A stretch of DNA of 64,000 nt, taken from contig NW_021826031.1 of the NCBI RefSeq assembly GCF_006345805.1, forward strand, positions 186,001-250,000, written 5' to 3'. The notes beneath the pieces are model-generated. The model saw only the letters and a program-made list of their open reading frames with translations, was not told where the DNA came from and did not search any database. Below, piece by piece: positions 35,150 through 46,644 of this stretch. The position numbers and the translations under genes were made by a program. Position 1 is the first letter of the stretch. Every line of letters starts with the position of its first letter. Source of the stretch: Octopus sinensis (taxonomy: Eukaryota).

Positions 35150-37860
35150 CGTTGTTTGGAAAATAAAAAAGAGCTAAGAAATCAAAGAAACAGAATCCTT
35201 CACAAAATTAGAGTTCGAGCGCGTCTATTGTGAACGAAATACTTAGACGAGAAAGTCACCGAAATTGAAAAGCTCTCGCTTGGAAGTCAAATATTCATGA
35301 CTGTTCGGATGTTTAATCGGGGTTCTCAAAACTTCAAAATATATCGCGCAAAATCGATCACGCAAATTTTCGTATTTCGTTAGTTTCGCGAATTCGGCTT
35401 TCTCGGCCGACGAACAGGACGACAAGCCGTGGAATTCAAAGCTCCCTTGGCGAAAGAGTCGGCACTGGTCACGTCCTAAACGAACTGCTTCCCGGATTCA
35501 AAAGCGAAAACTGTACAGCCGTCTGGACGTTTGGCATCTTCGAGGACAAAGGCCATCGGTTCCAGAATTGAAGGGAAACCAGCTCTTTCCAGAGCTTTGT
35601 GAATTAGATTGTTAATTTCAGTGTGCCGAAAAAATCGGCCATTCGACAAGACAGAGGAGTCCAAGGCAATTATAGATACCCAAACGGAGTGAATCCCTAT
35701 CGAGGATTGTATCTAAAAGCGGAGAAGGGAGTACATTCAGCCAGGAGCCTGAGTCTGGCTGACAGGCGGAACGGAAACAAGCCAGTCTGTGTTGGTCGAG
35801 GAGTGGCTCAAATCAGTTGAAGATCGGCGGCAAAGAATTTTGTCCCACTCCCGCTGAGAAAAGACATCGGAAAAAACTTCAGAGAAATTGTGTTTCCGAA
35901 ATGCGAGGGCCGAATCGATGTCAGAGTCCAACGATGATTCAGTAATTTTTCCAGAATCTTCTGGACAAGGAGATATGATCCAGACGCCGAAGAAAGAAAG
36001 GCAGGAAGAGCCAAATCAATATTGGAACGGAGGCCCAGACCCCCGTGACTCATAGAAAGTTTAGCCTGATACCAGGCAATATCGTCGAAATGCACATTAA
36101 GAATTTTCTCCGGAATTAGACTGGCTAAGTCCTTTAGCAAAACATCAGGCGGACCGTCCAGGGTGCAATCGTCGAGATTCCAGAGATTAAGGGGTGATTC
36201 ATCAACCCGGGCAATAGAATCCACCGCAAGAGCGAACAGTAATGGTCCCAAAGGATCACCCTGTTGACGCCACAGGACAAAGAAATGAAAGAACCGCCGG
36301 CGATTGAAAGTGATGGAAGCAAGTACGAAAGCGATATAAAGGGAAGCAAGTGTAGAACACGGTCTTGACAGACCTCCAACAAATGGCCACGTTCCAGAGA
36401 ATTGAAAGCATTAGTTACATCCAGTTTCAATAAGGCAAGGGGAATATTGGAACGAGTAAAAGCGTAAATAAAACAACGACAGGCATGGACAGAAGACTCG
36501 CAGCCGCCAGGAACACCCACACCTGACTGAATGGGCTGCAGTTGCTCGCCAATAGAAGGAATAATGGACTTGCAACAGACTTTCGCAAATAAACGACGAA
36601 AGACATTTCCAACAGCAATAGGCCTGATACCACCATCTTTCTTTCCAAGGCTGTAAGATTCGCGGAAAAGAACATAATTCTAGCATGGTCAGAAATTCTG
36701 CCGCTTAGGAATAAATTACACAAGTTAGTGCAAGCATTCAAGAGGCGATTCCCGGTATCACAAGTTGCGGAAATTAAGTCTCTCAAATGAATAGGGCGGA
36801 GACCGTCGAGACCTCCACTACTGTTACCCTAAAAGAGTTTAAGGCGTCCAGAAGTTGTTTGGAAGAAACAGAAAAGGGAAAACAGGACGACTGCGCCACA
36901 TCAAAGGTTACTGGTTTTCCAATAGAATCGGAAGATGACAAGAGATGAACAGCTGCGCTGACATCATGTGACATTAGACAGGAATTAATGCAAGACTGTA
37001 AACGTTTAGAAGCGTCCTTCGACGAGGGCTTAGCGGTAGATTTTAAATGAGAGAGAGACAGAGCCAGAGAGCCATTCATAAACTGACTCATATTCTTTTT
37101 CAAAAGAGAAACAAAGGAGCCACCGGCACCGGGGCGACGAGCAGGGGAGCCCAACGCAAAAGTTGGGAAAAGGAATAAACAATTTCAATTATAAATAAAT
37201 GGATCGGAAATGACAGAATCAATTAAAGAAGTAAGGTTTTGGACCACCGAAATACGGGCTGATTTTGAGATTCGAATGCGGAAAGAAGCACGATAATCAT
37301 AAATCAATTTAAGAACAGATTCAGAATCCAACAAAAATAGATCTGAAGGATTGTCAAAAGGGGTAGGAGAGGCCATCATTTAAATAAGAAGGAGGAAATG
37401 AAGAGCAAAAAGAACACACCCAACGAGAGAGGCCGGAAAGTGATTTCTTTGACAGCTTGATACAGGAAATATGGAAAGAAAAAGAGCAAGAATGACACTG
37501 AATAGACTTTTACCGATTATTGACGGATTTACAAACGGAACAGATAGCCATTAAACAATGAAAGAAAAAAAACAAACAGAAATGCCAAAAAACCTTCTTT
37601 TCTTCTCTAATATAAACCAAAAAAACAAGGAAAGGCACCACAAGAACACCGCGTGCAATTGAAAAATTGATGTCAGAAAGCCGATTTATGATAAAAGAGA
37701 AATCAAGGAGAGACCAAAAAATACGGCCGATATTTGGAATGAAGAAGATCTGATAATTCGAAAATAAAATGAGGAAAATCGGGACCAGAAGTTTAGCCGT
37801 TTTAAGAGAATTTTGGCATATCGAGGAATCAGTTGAGAGGGATTTGACTTTATTCACTTT
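35150..37860 (-). mobile_element. near-full-length degenerate CRE-like retrotransposon (PHD - RT - CCHC - RLE)
   Basis: PHD at about 37400-37530, RIRISKSAR, RT motifs (GLRPIHL, RPIAVGNVFRRL, GVPGGCE, KLDVTNAFNS, QGDPLGPLLF, LWNLDDCTL), HGGLGLRS..DLALPAF, RFFRHTEIN and KRPDGCT. Ends approximate. Confidence 0.88.
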
Positions 37861-38085
37861 ATCATAAATGATAATTAACTTTCAAGCACGTCGTATTTAT
37901 TTATCTTTTCCACACCTCTTGATATCTAAAGCATTGTGTCTAATTTGATAGTTAATAACAAAGTGTTGAATTTTATTCGACAAAGTAAATGTTTCAAAAT
38001 TAGGTTGATAAATGTTTTTAAAACTTCTCAGTACGGTAAAAAAAGGACAATCGGGAAAATTGGAAAGGCAAAAGTACGCTGTCTA

Positions 38086-38810
38086 TTAATCCTCCAAACA
38101 AATTATCCCGGGAGTATTCAAGCAATTTGGTAGCAAGTCCATTCTAAAAATAAAAATAAGACAAACCCCTGATTCGGCTTTAAGTTTCAACTCGGTAGCA
38201 GCTCTGGGAAGACATGTGCAGTTCATGGACTTATCCAGTTCATGGAGATAGTCGGTTGCCTTGGAAAATCCCAAATATGAAGACTCGATTAAAACAATCA
38301 AATATTTAATGAGACTAGAGCTTGTGGATGCACACCGAATCTTTATAACCGCCAAGTTAAATAAGCATTTCCCGTCTGCCCCACCCATTTTGTAGTATTT
38401 TACAGCCTAAAGAAACAAGAAAATGATTTACTTGTTCCAAATCAACACTGGTGCCAATTCCAAAATGATAGCACTGTGCAAGATTGAAACAGCTTTTCGA
38501 CGAAGGGAAGTAAGAAAACGAATTTAAAAAAGATGAAAAGCACTCCTTATATTTCCCATCAGAAAAAAACGCAAGTCCTTCTTTATAAAAATTTTTGCTT
38601 GTTTCCATCCGCAGATGTCGGAAAAATTCTTGGAAAAGTTCATCCACATCCTGAGTTTCTGGTTTGGCAACAGACTTGAAATTCAACTTTTTTATGCCAA
38701 ATAAATGACTGGACTTAAGATAAAGAGTCTTAATCTCAAGTTTTAAAATCTTAATGGACAGTACTGCCGTCGGTGGAATAACAACCAGACCGATATCGGA
38801 CTAGAAGTCA
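38086..38810 (-). CDS. Sel1-like repeat protein
   Basis: KSCFNLAQCYHFGIGTSVDLEQ|AVKYY...KCLFNLA is a typical Sel1 repeat; two ORFs are joined by a short intron. 5' end uncertain. Confidence 0.7.
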
Positions 38811-39805
38811 TTAGTTTAGAAAGACCAGGTTTCTATAAGGATAAAGAAAACGATTTTGAAATGTTTTGTTTGTTGAGAGAAGTGCGGCACATGGCAACTC
38901 ATTGTCCTTAGGCAAATTAAGTCCAAGTATTTGTTTCCCTAAAATGTTGAGGGATTTAAATACTGCGGTTGAGTAGTGAAGAAAGACGAGATTTAATCAT
39001 TTGATGAATCACGTTTATTAATCAAACTTAGCGACGATAAATGACTAAGTTAAATAAAATAGATAAAAATTCTTTTGATTAATAACAAATATTAAATATA
39101 TAATTAAAAATACAGTCTAAGCGTAATATTTTTGATATTTGCAGAGCAAAAAACACATTAACACAAAAAGTGGCGTGACTTTAGAACATGATAATTTTGA
39201 ATTAAAAGTATTTTGGGTTTATTCCGCATTCAGTTGGCCTGTCGACGCACAGAGCCAACTGGCGAGGCTGCCCAGTCGCCAAACAATCAGGGGAGAGAAA
39301 AATCGGGATAATGCGACAATCATAGACTACTTCGGGAATCTTTGTGACACCATTTGATGGCTAGAGAATGATTTTAAATGGAAAAATTAAAACTGAAAAC
39401 TCTTTGTGCGATTCTAAGGACGTCTCTAAATAAATAAATCTCTAATAATGAATATTTCAAAAGGAATTCAGCCAACGAAAATATTTTGAATGAAAAAATG
39501 GCAGAGAGAAAAATTCCAAAAGAAATCGTTAAAAAACGGTTTGTTATAAAGGTCTCTCATCTCGGACTACAGACGGATGCTGAATTCCTGGATACATGAA
39601 CAAAAGGAGTGCCAATGACTGTGGATTTGGCATGCAAACAAATCCGATCTGTGTGTCACAGAAACTGAGCACAGTGAAGGAGTCCTTAGTACAAAAAACG
39701 GTCAGAAGAAAGCCGATATCAAATAAAACTTTGCATCTGATAGTGGAACAAAGTTTTGAAATGGCTGGAAAGCCTATCATTCCTGCGTCTCCTTTGGCCA
39801 AGGTG

Positions 39806-39909
39806 GCTGTATTATATTCTCGACCCAGTTTTAAATGACGAATCGAATTGATTGTAAAATAACATAAAAGTTCTGGCATTTAATCAAGGTCAATCATTCC
39901 GTGATTGAC
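39806..39909 (+). repeat. copy 1 of a diverged ~105-bp direct repeat (candidate small-RNA promoter / 5' end)
   Basis: Four identical blocks are shared with 40309-40413 at a constant offset of 504 nt. Confidence 0.85.
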
Positions 39910-40100
39910 CGTGTTTCTAAGGGAGGTCAGCCACCGAAAACGGAAGGATTGGTTGTACTAACGACTACAAATGCCTGGTTGCTTGCGAAACGGGAGGCTC
40001 CTCCTGACCATATCGAAGTCTCACATTTTTGCAATTACTGAGACGAAGCTAAAGGAAGCAATTGGGGTTAGCAATAAAAGAGACACTTCGGTGCTTTATT
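39888..40100 (+). ncRNA. candidate structured non-coding RNA, unassigned
   Basis: Hairpins seen by eye: GGTCAATCA/TGATTGACC, GGTCAG/CTGACC, TTGTA/TACAA, GTCTCA/TGAGAC, GCTAA/TTAGC and a terminal stem with a C-UUCG-G loop, followed by a T-rich tract. Confidence 0.4.
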
Positions 40101-40308
40101 AACAAATTTTCTTTGTTCTTTGTGTTTTGGTTTTCTGTGAAATAAAAACAATGTTATTCTATTCTCAGTGGGATTTTGTTTTTTGTAATTAATTTTTTTG
40201 AATTCCTCCAGGGCGTTATTTTTCTGGCTCGTTTTATAATTTTTAGTGCTTTAAAACTTTTTTTCCATATTAATCTGAAACATATCAAAGTTTATAGGTT
40301 AAGAATCA

Positions 40309-40413
40309 GCTGGTGTTATATTATTGACCCAGTTTTAAATAGGAAATTGAATTGATTGTAAAAATGACAAAAAAGTCTGACATTTAATCAAGGTCGGGAA
40401 CACCGTGATTGAC
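40309..40413 (+). repeat. copy 2 of the diverged ~105-bp direct repeat
   Basis: See copy 1; followed by T6 runs at about 40443-40480. Confidence 0.85.
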
Positions 40414-40829
40414 GTAGCGCTCTTTGGAGAATGGCAATGAGATTTTTTAAGAAAGCTCGATTTTTTGAATCTTTTTTGAATTTTCTGAGAAAGAAGACTT
40501 GAGTATGTACCTGAAATCTTAGCCGAAATAGGTGGGGGAAAATAAAGCGAGTCGGTAGCTTTCTCTACTTTTCTTTCGTTTGGTTTTCCTGATATCCAAG
40601 TGGCCGGCCGAACATGGTATTAAAAAAATTATACTAATTGATTGAAATGAAAAAATTATTTTTTTAACATTTAAACTATCTTCGACTATATCCTAGATTT
40701 AAAATTCGAGTCAAATAATTAATAAATTATATTTTGTGATATTAAATATGTTTTTAAAAATAGCACAGAATTTTGTGTGTTAGCCATGGAGATGTATTAT
40801 CATTTAAATAATTAAACAGAATATCACTC

Positions 40830-41863
40830 ATGCAGAGCTACTGTCAGGATGTCAACTATTCCCTCACGATAACCAAAATTATATTAAACTACCCACTCCA
40901 GCTAACTCGCACTCTCACGCAACTTGGACATGAACCCATAACTCCGGTTCGGTTTCTTAGCGGACAATCTGATCTTTACTATCCAAATATGTTAAAATTG
41001 AGTTTCGCTTGTTTTTTATTAAAGTTTATTATTATGGTTCGGAACGGGGAATTCCGTACCTGTACACTGGTTTCAATACGTTTCTCGTTCACAAAATTCT
41101 CCAGAAGAAAATCTTTGATAAAATTTGTGAAAAATTAATCCCCGATAATCTCCAATCAGTCACAGAACAACCCTCAGTATCTTTTGACATCCAAGACTAT
41201 TTCGAAGAAGATTGGTGGAGTTTGTCTCTTTCCAAGATGTAATTTAGCTGTGATTTGTCGTTTGGCGAAAATGTGTTTTTCCATCTTGGTTTCGTCAGTC
41301 ATCACATTTCCATTGCGACGTAAAAAATGTTATTCATGCTCTAGAAATTTCCGTAAGACAAATTGCGTATCTCCTTTCTTTGGGGTCCACTTATTCGTAT
41401 GTCAACTCGCTTATTTGTAGTCCTTCTTTTGTTGTCACTTCGATCGTCAGAGACGGTTTTCTCAGCCTTTATTCGTTCGGATGAAATGTTTGAGTTATTT
41501 TAGTGGAATTGTGCCATTTGTTATTCTCAGAATCATGAACTGTATTTTAAATGAACTGGGCAGAGTTTCCTCATTGAAACTGATGACGGAAGAGGAGTAC
41601 AATGTTGTAAAACCATTGCTGGGACTTGGCTATTACTCTCTCTTGTACCCACTGGCCTTAACTAGTCTTCACGTAAATTTGAGTATGTGCAGGTTGGTCA
41701 AGAAATTGATCTTTTAGGGATTTGAATATTTGTTGCTTGTGTGACTGTCGGGAAAATTGGTTTATTTCGCTTTTGGATTTGATCAGAAGAGTTTAGGAGT
41801 TTATTCACGTTTAGGGTGAAGCATGGAATGGGAGTTCGATATTCTACAGAAGACATGTGTTAA
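40830..41863 (+). CDS. MTCH2: mitochondrial carrier homolog (MTCH1/2-like)
   Basis: ILNYPLQLTRTLTQLGHEPITP, RGIPYLYTG, SSVITFPL, SYFSGIVP and SLLYPLAL align in order with MTCH2 segments (from memory). Exon junctions approximate. Confidence 0.68.
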
Positions 41864-42239
41864 AATAGTGAATTTAATATTTTAATGATTTTTTAAACTT
41901 TTTTTATTAGTGAGACATGACAAATAATAAGCATAGGGCTGGATGACAATTTTCTTGGTTTTTAAAAAAAGTCAAAATTCTGAAAAAGTTAAATTATGAT
42001 TAATTATTAAATAGTTTTTAATTGAAAACCACTTTTCGATTTATTAAAAACACGTTTTTGAGTTGAGTACAAACAAAACTGTATTGAAAAGGAATAATTT
42101 GATAAATAAAAGTTAATTTCTTTAAATTATTATCTCTGACTATAGGAATCAAAATTATTGAAACTATTTATTTTATTCATCAAATGAATCGTATTTATTT
42201 TAGGTAAACAATAGGATAAATTAAAACGTTTTGTGGAGC

Positions 42240-43934
42240 ATGTCTGAAGGAAACGACAGTCACTTAGGTAAGTAAGTTCAATTCCTAATAAAAATAGATG
42301 AAAAAATCTACAAACCCCCAAAAACAGACATTGAAATGCTTGATTCAGTTAATAAACTCTAATTAATTGCAGGACAGCAAACATTGTAAAAAACCCTACA
42401 AAATAATGAAATGTGTACGTCTCCCCAACTTTTCCAATCAAGGAAATTGGAGACATCCAATAATCCACAAGACTCTCCCAAATGGAAGTCAATCAAAGAA
42501 GATGTCGAACAGCAAATTCGAGTATTGGAAAGTAAAAGGTTACATAATGAAAATAATTTGACTAGACTTAAAAAAGCAGAGTTAGAAATGCAAAAATTAT
42601 ACAGGGTTGTATCTCAGTTGTGTTAGTTTTGTAGATTGAGAAAGAAAGACTCGGGATTGAGCTCAAAAAAGTCAAATTGGAAGAAAAAGCCAGAAAACAA
42701 GACGAAATGATTGCAAAAACTCGGTTTTTTAATAAAATGAAATCGCAGTGAACGCCTTGAAAAAAACCGAATAAAAATGGAAGAAAAAAATGCTCGAGAA
42801 AAATTAAAAGAAGATAAACAAAAGTCTATTGAGGCTGCGGTTGTTGTTTTTATAAAAATCAACAGAATCGGAGAAAAGAACGAGAACAGGATTTTTTTAA
42901 AAATTTTTTTGTACCAATAAAGAAAGAAAAAGAGAAAAAAAGGGACCATTGGCTGCTGCACTCCCCTGATAGTAATATGCGTGTGGAAAGGAAGATCCTC
43001 ACGGGAGAGGCTTTGGAGAAGTTCGAAAGGTCGTTGAGGGGGAGAGCAATGAGGAGTGCTGCCCACCAGGGAGAGTGACTGCTAGAATGGGTGTGGACAG
43101 GACTAAGAAAATGATTCTTCTGCAATTCCACGACAATAATCGGCCGGCATATTTTGGGACGTGGAAGAGGCGGAGTGAGTTTGTGGGGGGAAGGACTCCG
43201 TTGGGGAAGGACAGTCTTCTGGACTATGATGTGGATAGTGATGCTGAATGGCAGGAGGATGAGCCGGGGGAAGAGTTATCGGGTAGTGAGAATGAGGGGG
43301 AGGATGAGGAAGGCGATGATGGCATGGATGAAGGATTTCTGGTCCCTGATGGACATCTATCTGAGGGTGAGGGAGATATGGTTGGTTGTGTTCAATAATG
43401 TGGACTGTGGGTCACCAAATGGATGTTGTGAACGTCCTCACTAGGAAAGTGGTTGGTTGTAATTGGGGGAGTTCATCCGTCTTGGATAAGTATAAAATAG
43501 TCGATATTCCTCCATCGGAAGGGAAGACTACGACTTGTCAGTCCAAACGACCTGTCCCTGAGGAAGGTGTGGTTTCCTGGTGATTCTGCAGCCATTCCTC
43601 ACATCATCAGACTACTTCATTGCAGTACACGTTCAATTAGTTCGTTGATCACGGAATTCCAGTTGTACTGGATCAAGGAAAAGGGAATAATATTAGACGA
43701 TCTCAAAATCCGTCTTATGTCTACCAATGTAGTGTTCTGTCACTACCCTAGCCTTCTTCCATTAATAGTGTTTCTCCCATTTCGAGACGTCAGTTAGAAC
43801 TCACAATGACATCCATTTCATCATATGATAAAAGGAAATGGCTTGTCCATGAACATGTCCTCAATAAATATGAACTGGAGGATCTGCCTTCCCAGAATGA
43901 GTGGACTTTTCTAACTCTTTCAAAGTCTGCTTAA
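42240..43934 (+). CDS. CHAF1A: chromatin assembly factor 1 subunit A (p150)
   Basis: KER-rich coiled coil followed by LLQFHDNNRPAYFGTW, LDYDVDSDAEWQEDEPGEELS and GFLVPDGHLSEGEG; many short introns. Confidence 0.9.
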
Positions 43935-44018
43935 TGTGTTTATATTTTCCTCAGTATTAGCTAGGACTTTTTGTGGTGTCTTTAATCAATTAATTAATAT
44001 CAATAAGTTTAATTAATG

Positions 44019-44920
44019 TCAGTTTCTGCTCTTTTTGATTTGAACTTTGAGCCTTTTCTTTCCAATTCGGTATCCATTCATTACTCTGATGGCTTCTTGA
44101 CAACTTTGCTGATTATCGTAGCTTATGAATCCTGGAGAGATAAAATTAGTATATTACCGAAGCATTTGCTCTGGTTTGTAGCTCGGTCAACATACACTTT
44201 TGAACTGACGACGTTTCCAAATGGGGAAAAAAATTGCGCTAATGATTCATTGTTGATGTCTTGAGGGAGATAGTAAATAAACAAGTTACACCCTTCAGGT
44301 CCAGTTGGGATAACTAGGATCTCGTAGACTAAGGTCTACTCTGTTTTTGCCCGGGTAATGACAGAGGAGCAACGTAGTGTGTGATTGGAATAAGTTGGTT
44401 TTCCCAGTACCAAAAATTCTCTACTAAATGTATTAATTAAATGACGTGTTTCGAGAAATGACCGTTGATCTGCTTTGGTTGAAGTTTGATAGTACTGATT
44501 GCCCTGCTTATTCGTGTACACTCTAAAATTACTGGGTAATTTGCCGGGTATATGACCATTGGATTTACTATTCCTTGTTGTTCCAAATACTTTTGGATTT
44601 TTCGCAACTCCCTCTCTGATTCAGAATCGGCCATTTTTACGACTAAACTCGAGGAGGCGCCCTTCATATTTTGTATATATGAATATACAGGTAACATTTT
44701 TGTTCCATGAAGAGATTTTATTGCATATTCGGCTTCTTTCGGGTTGGAAAATTTAATAAATGCACAGCCTTGATTGTAGAAATTACAAACCAACCACGAC
44801 TTTCACCCGATCGAGTCTTCAAAATGGAGCATTCTTCGATTTTTCCGCAATTGTTGAAAAGCTTTCGAACACTTTCTTCATTTTGTTCTTTGTTCAGCAT
44901 TCCAATAAAAATTTTTGAGT
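44019..44920 (-). CDS. CELF/Bruno-like RNA-binding protein (CELF3-6 type); 5' end not located
   Basis: [11 protein letters not shown]...G|CAFIKF...[12 protein letters not shown] (RRM2) and [14 protein letters not shown]...[11 protein letters not shown]...KRLKVQIK (RRM3). Confidence 0.88.
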
Positions 44921-45889
44921 TATCTAAACATGGAAATCAAACCATTAAAATTTGATTTAGAGACCGAGCTAAACTTTGTTAATTAATTTATTGTGTTCTC
45001 TTTATTGTAATCAATATATTAATTATGATAATTTCATTAGTGTTAGAAATAATACTAAAGATATTATCATGTATTAAATTCAAAATTTTAACCGTCATTA
45101 TAACAATTCATCATAATAAGCAGCATCACGGCAATATTAAACTTATATACACGAATTATATTCGGTTATTGCCGCGTTGGGTATTGATTAGTATAGATAG
45201 CTACTGACTCGTTATTAACTTCTTTAACTAATATTTATGAGATCGACTTGGCGTTTGCTCACTAGCTGCGAAATGAGATAAAGAGAAAAAAATGACATCC
45301 AATCTTAGCCACGAGGAAGTAAGGATTTTTCTACGAGATTTATGCGAACTTTTAAGGATTCTACAAGCTAACTAACACTATTTTATGAAAAATATGAGTT
45401 GACTGTCTAAAAAATTAATAATCATGAAAATCTTCACATATGTTGCAGATATCAATTATATGCATTATCTGTGTGTCTTTTAATTATTTACAAAAATCTT
45501 TGTTATATATATCATAAATATATGAAATAAATGCTATATAACTTTAGATACTAACAATTAAATTATGTTTCATACAAAAAATCAGATTATAAATAACAAA
45601 AAGCAAGTTATTTGTTAACAATTTAGAAAGAACAGTTTATTAGCAAATAGCAGTGATTTTTTTAAAGTATTTTTTAATGTAGACTTGTTTAAAAAACACA
45701 AGAAACTCGGTAAAACACCCCCAAACCATTATTCCACTCAAAAATCTATGCTTTCAATTTCTGTAATTGCCACAATTTAAAATTCACAGTGATTCAGAAA
45801 TAAGTTCACTATTCTTTTGTTTATTATTATAGCACTTCCCGTATGAACATGGATAGAATAAGTCATATTCCCGCACGTGCGACACATAC

Positions 45890-46300
45890 GACACAATCTT
45901 CTTAACCATCGTTTTTCACCTTCCAGAGTTCTTCCAGGTCATCGCAGTTGTTTAGGGTTTTTTCCGCGCAAATTAGATTATATTGCAGAACAGCCGGAAT
46001 TGTTGTTTGTAGTCGTCTACGAAATTTTGGTCTATCTGACAGAAAGAATTCTTCCATGGCCTGGTATGCAGTTGCAGTTGGGTTCATTCTTAGGATATGG
46101 CCAACTAGTCTCCAGCGGTCATCTATAATATCACGACTGATTGGCGCCGAGTTGCTGAGCCTATATAAAGATGAGTTGTTGATTTCTGAGGCCAGTATAC
46201 GCCATTTAAGACACGAAGCTGTTTTCCGTGAAAGGAGTCAAGATTCCTTAGTTCGGTATCGGAAATGCCCTATGTAGATTCTGGTAAACGGAAAGATATT
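45890..46300 (-). mobile_element. RTE-like LINE 3' relic
   Basis: Minus frame reads RWRLVGHILRMNPTATAYQAM...RRRLQTTIP, typical of the C-terminus of LINE ORF2. Confidence 0.55.
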
Positions 46301-46644
46301 TTTGTAATTTTTGACGCAAATCTAGTCTCCAAGAGAAGACAACATTACTTGAAATCACCTAAATTGCTTGGAATACTATTAATTGCAACAGAGTAAAAAA
46401 TATAAGTAAATGATGGTTGCAGTATATATTGTTCGTTTTTTGACTTTAATGCATTACAGATATTTATTGACTAGACTATTTTATATAATTATTTTAATCA
46501 TAACTTTAAGGAACTTAACTAACCTATTTTTGTAAAATTTCAGTTTACTAATATTTCTAGTAATACTAGAATTAAGGGAACAAAGATATTTAAGGATTTT
46601 GATTATTTTGAAAATAATTAGTTAATTTAAACTTGTTATTCTAA

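Noticed and set aside
37700-37900. HDV-like ribozyme at the 5' end of the full-length CRE-like element (TTCCTCG seen on the minus strand)
   Set aside because: The P3/P1/P1.1 pairings and the J4/2 motif could not be built around it.
39888-40100. Assignment of the structured segment to U1, U2, SRP, RNase P/MRP or telomerase RNA
   Set aside because: Diagnostic motifs are absent or only partial: no ATACTTACCTG, no GTAGTA branch-pairing context, no SRP helix-8 AGCAG, no correctly placed P1/P4, and no CTAACCCT template. Left unassigned.
42623-43131. Phe/Leu-rich minus-strand ORFs that look like membrane proteins
   Set aside because: Antisense shadows of the Lys/Glu-rich coiled coil of CHAF1A.
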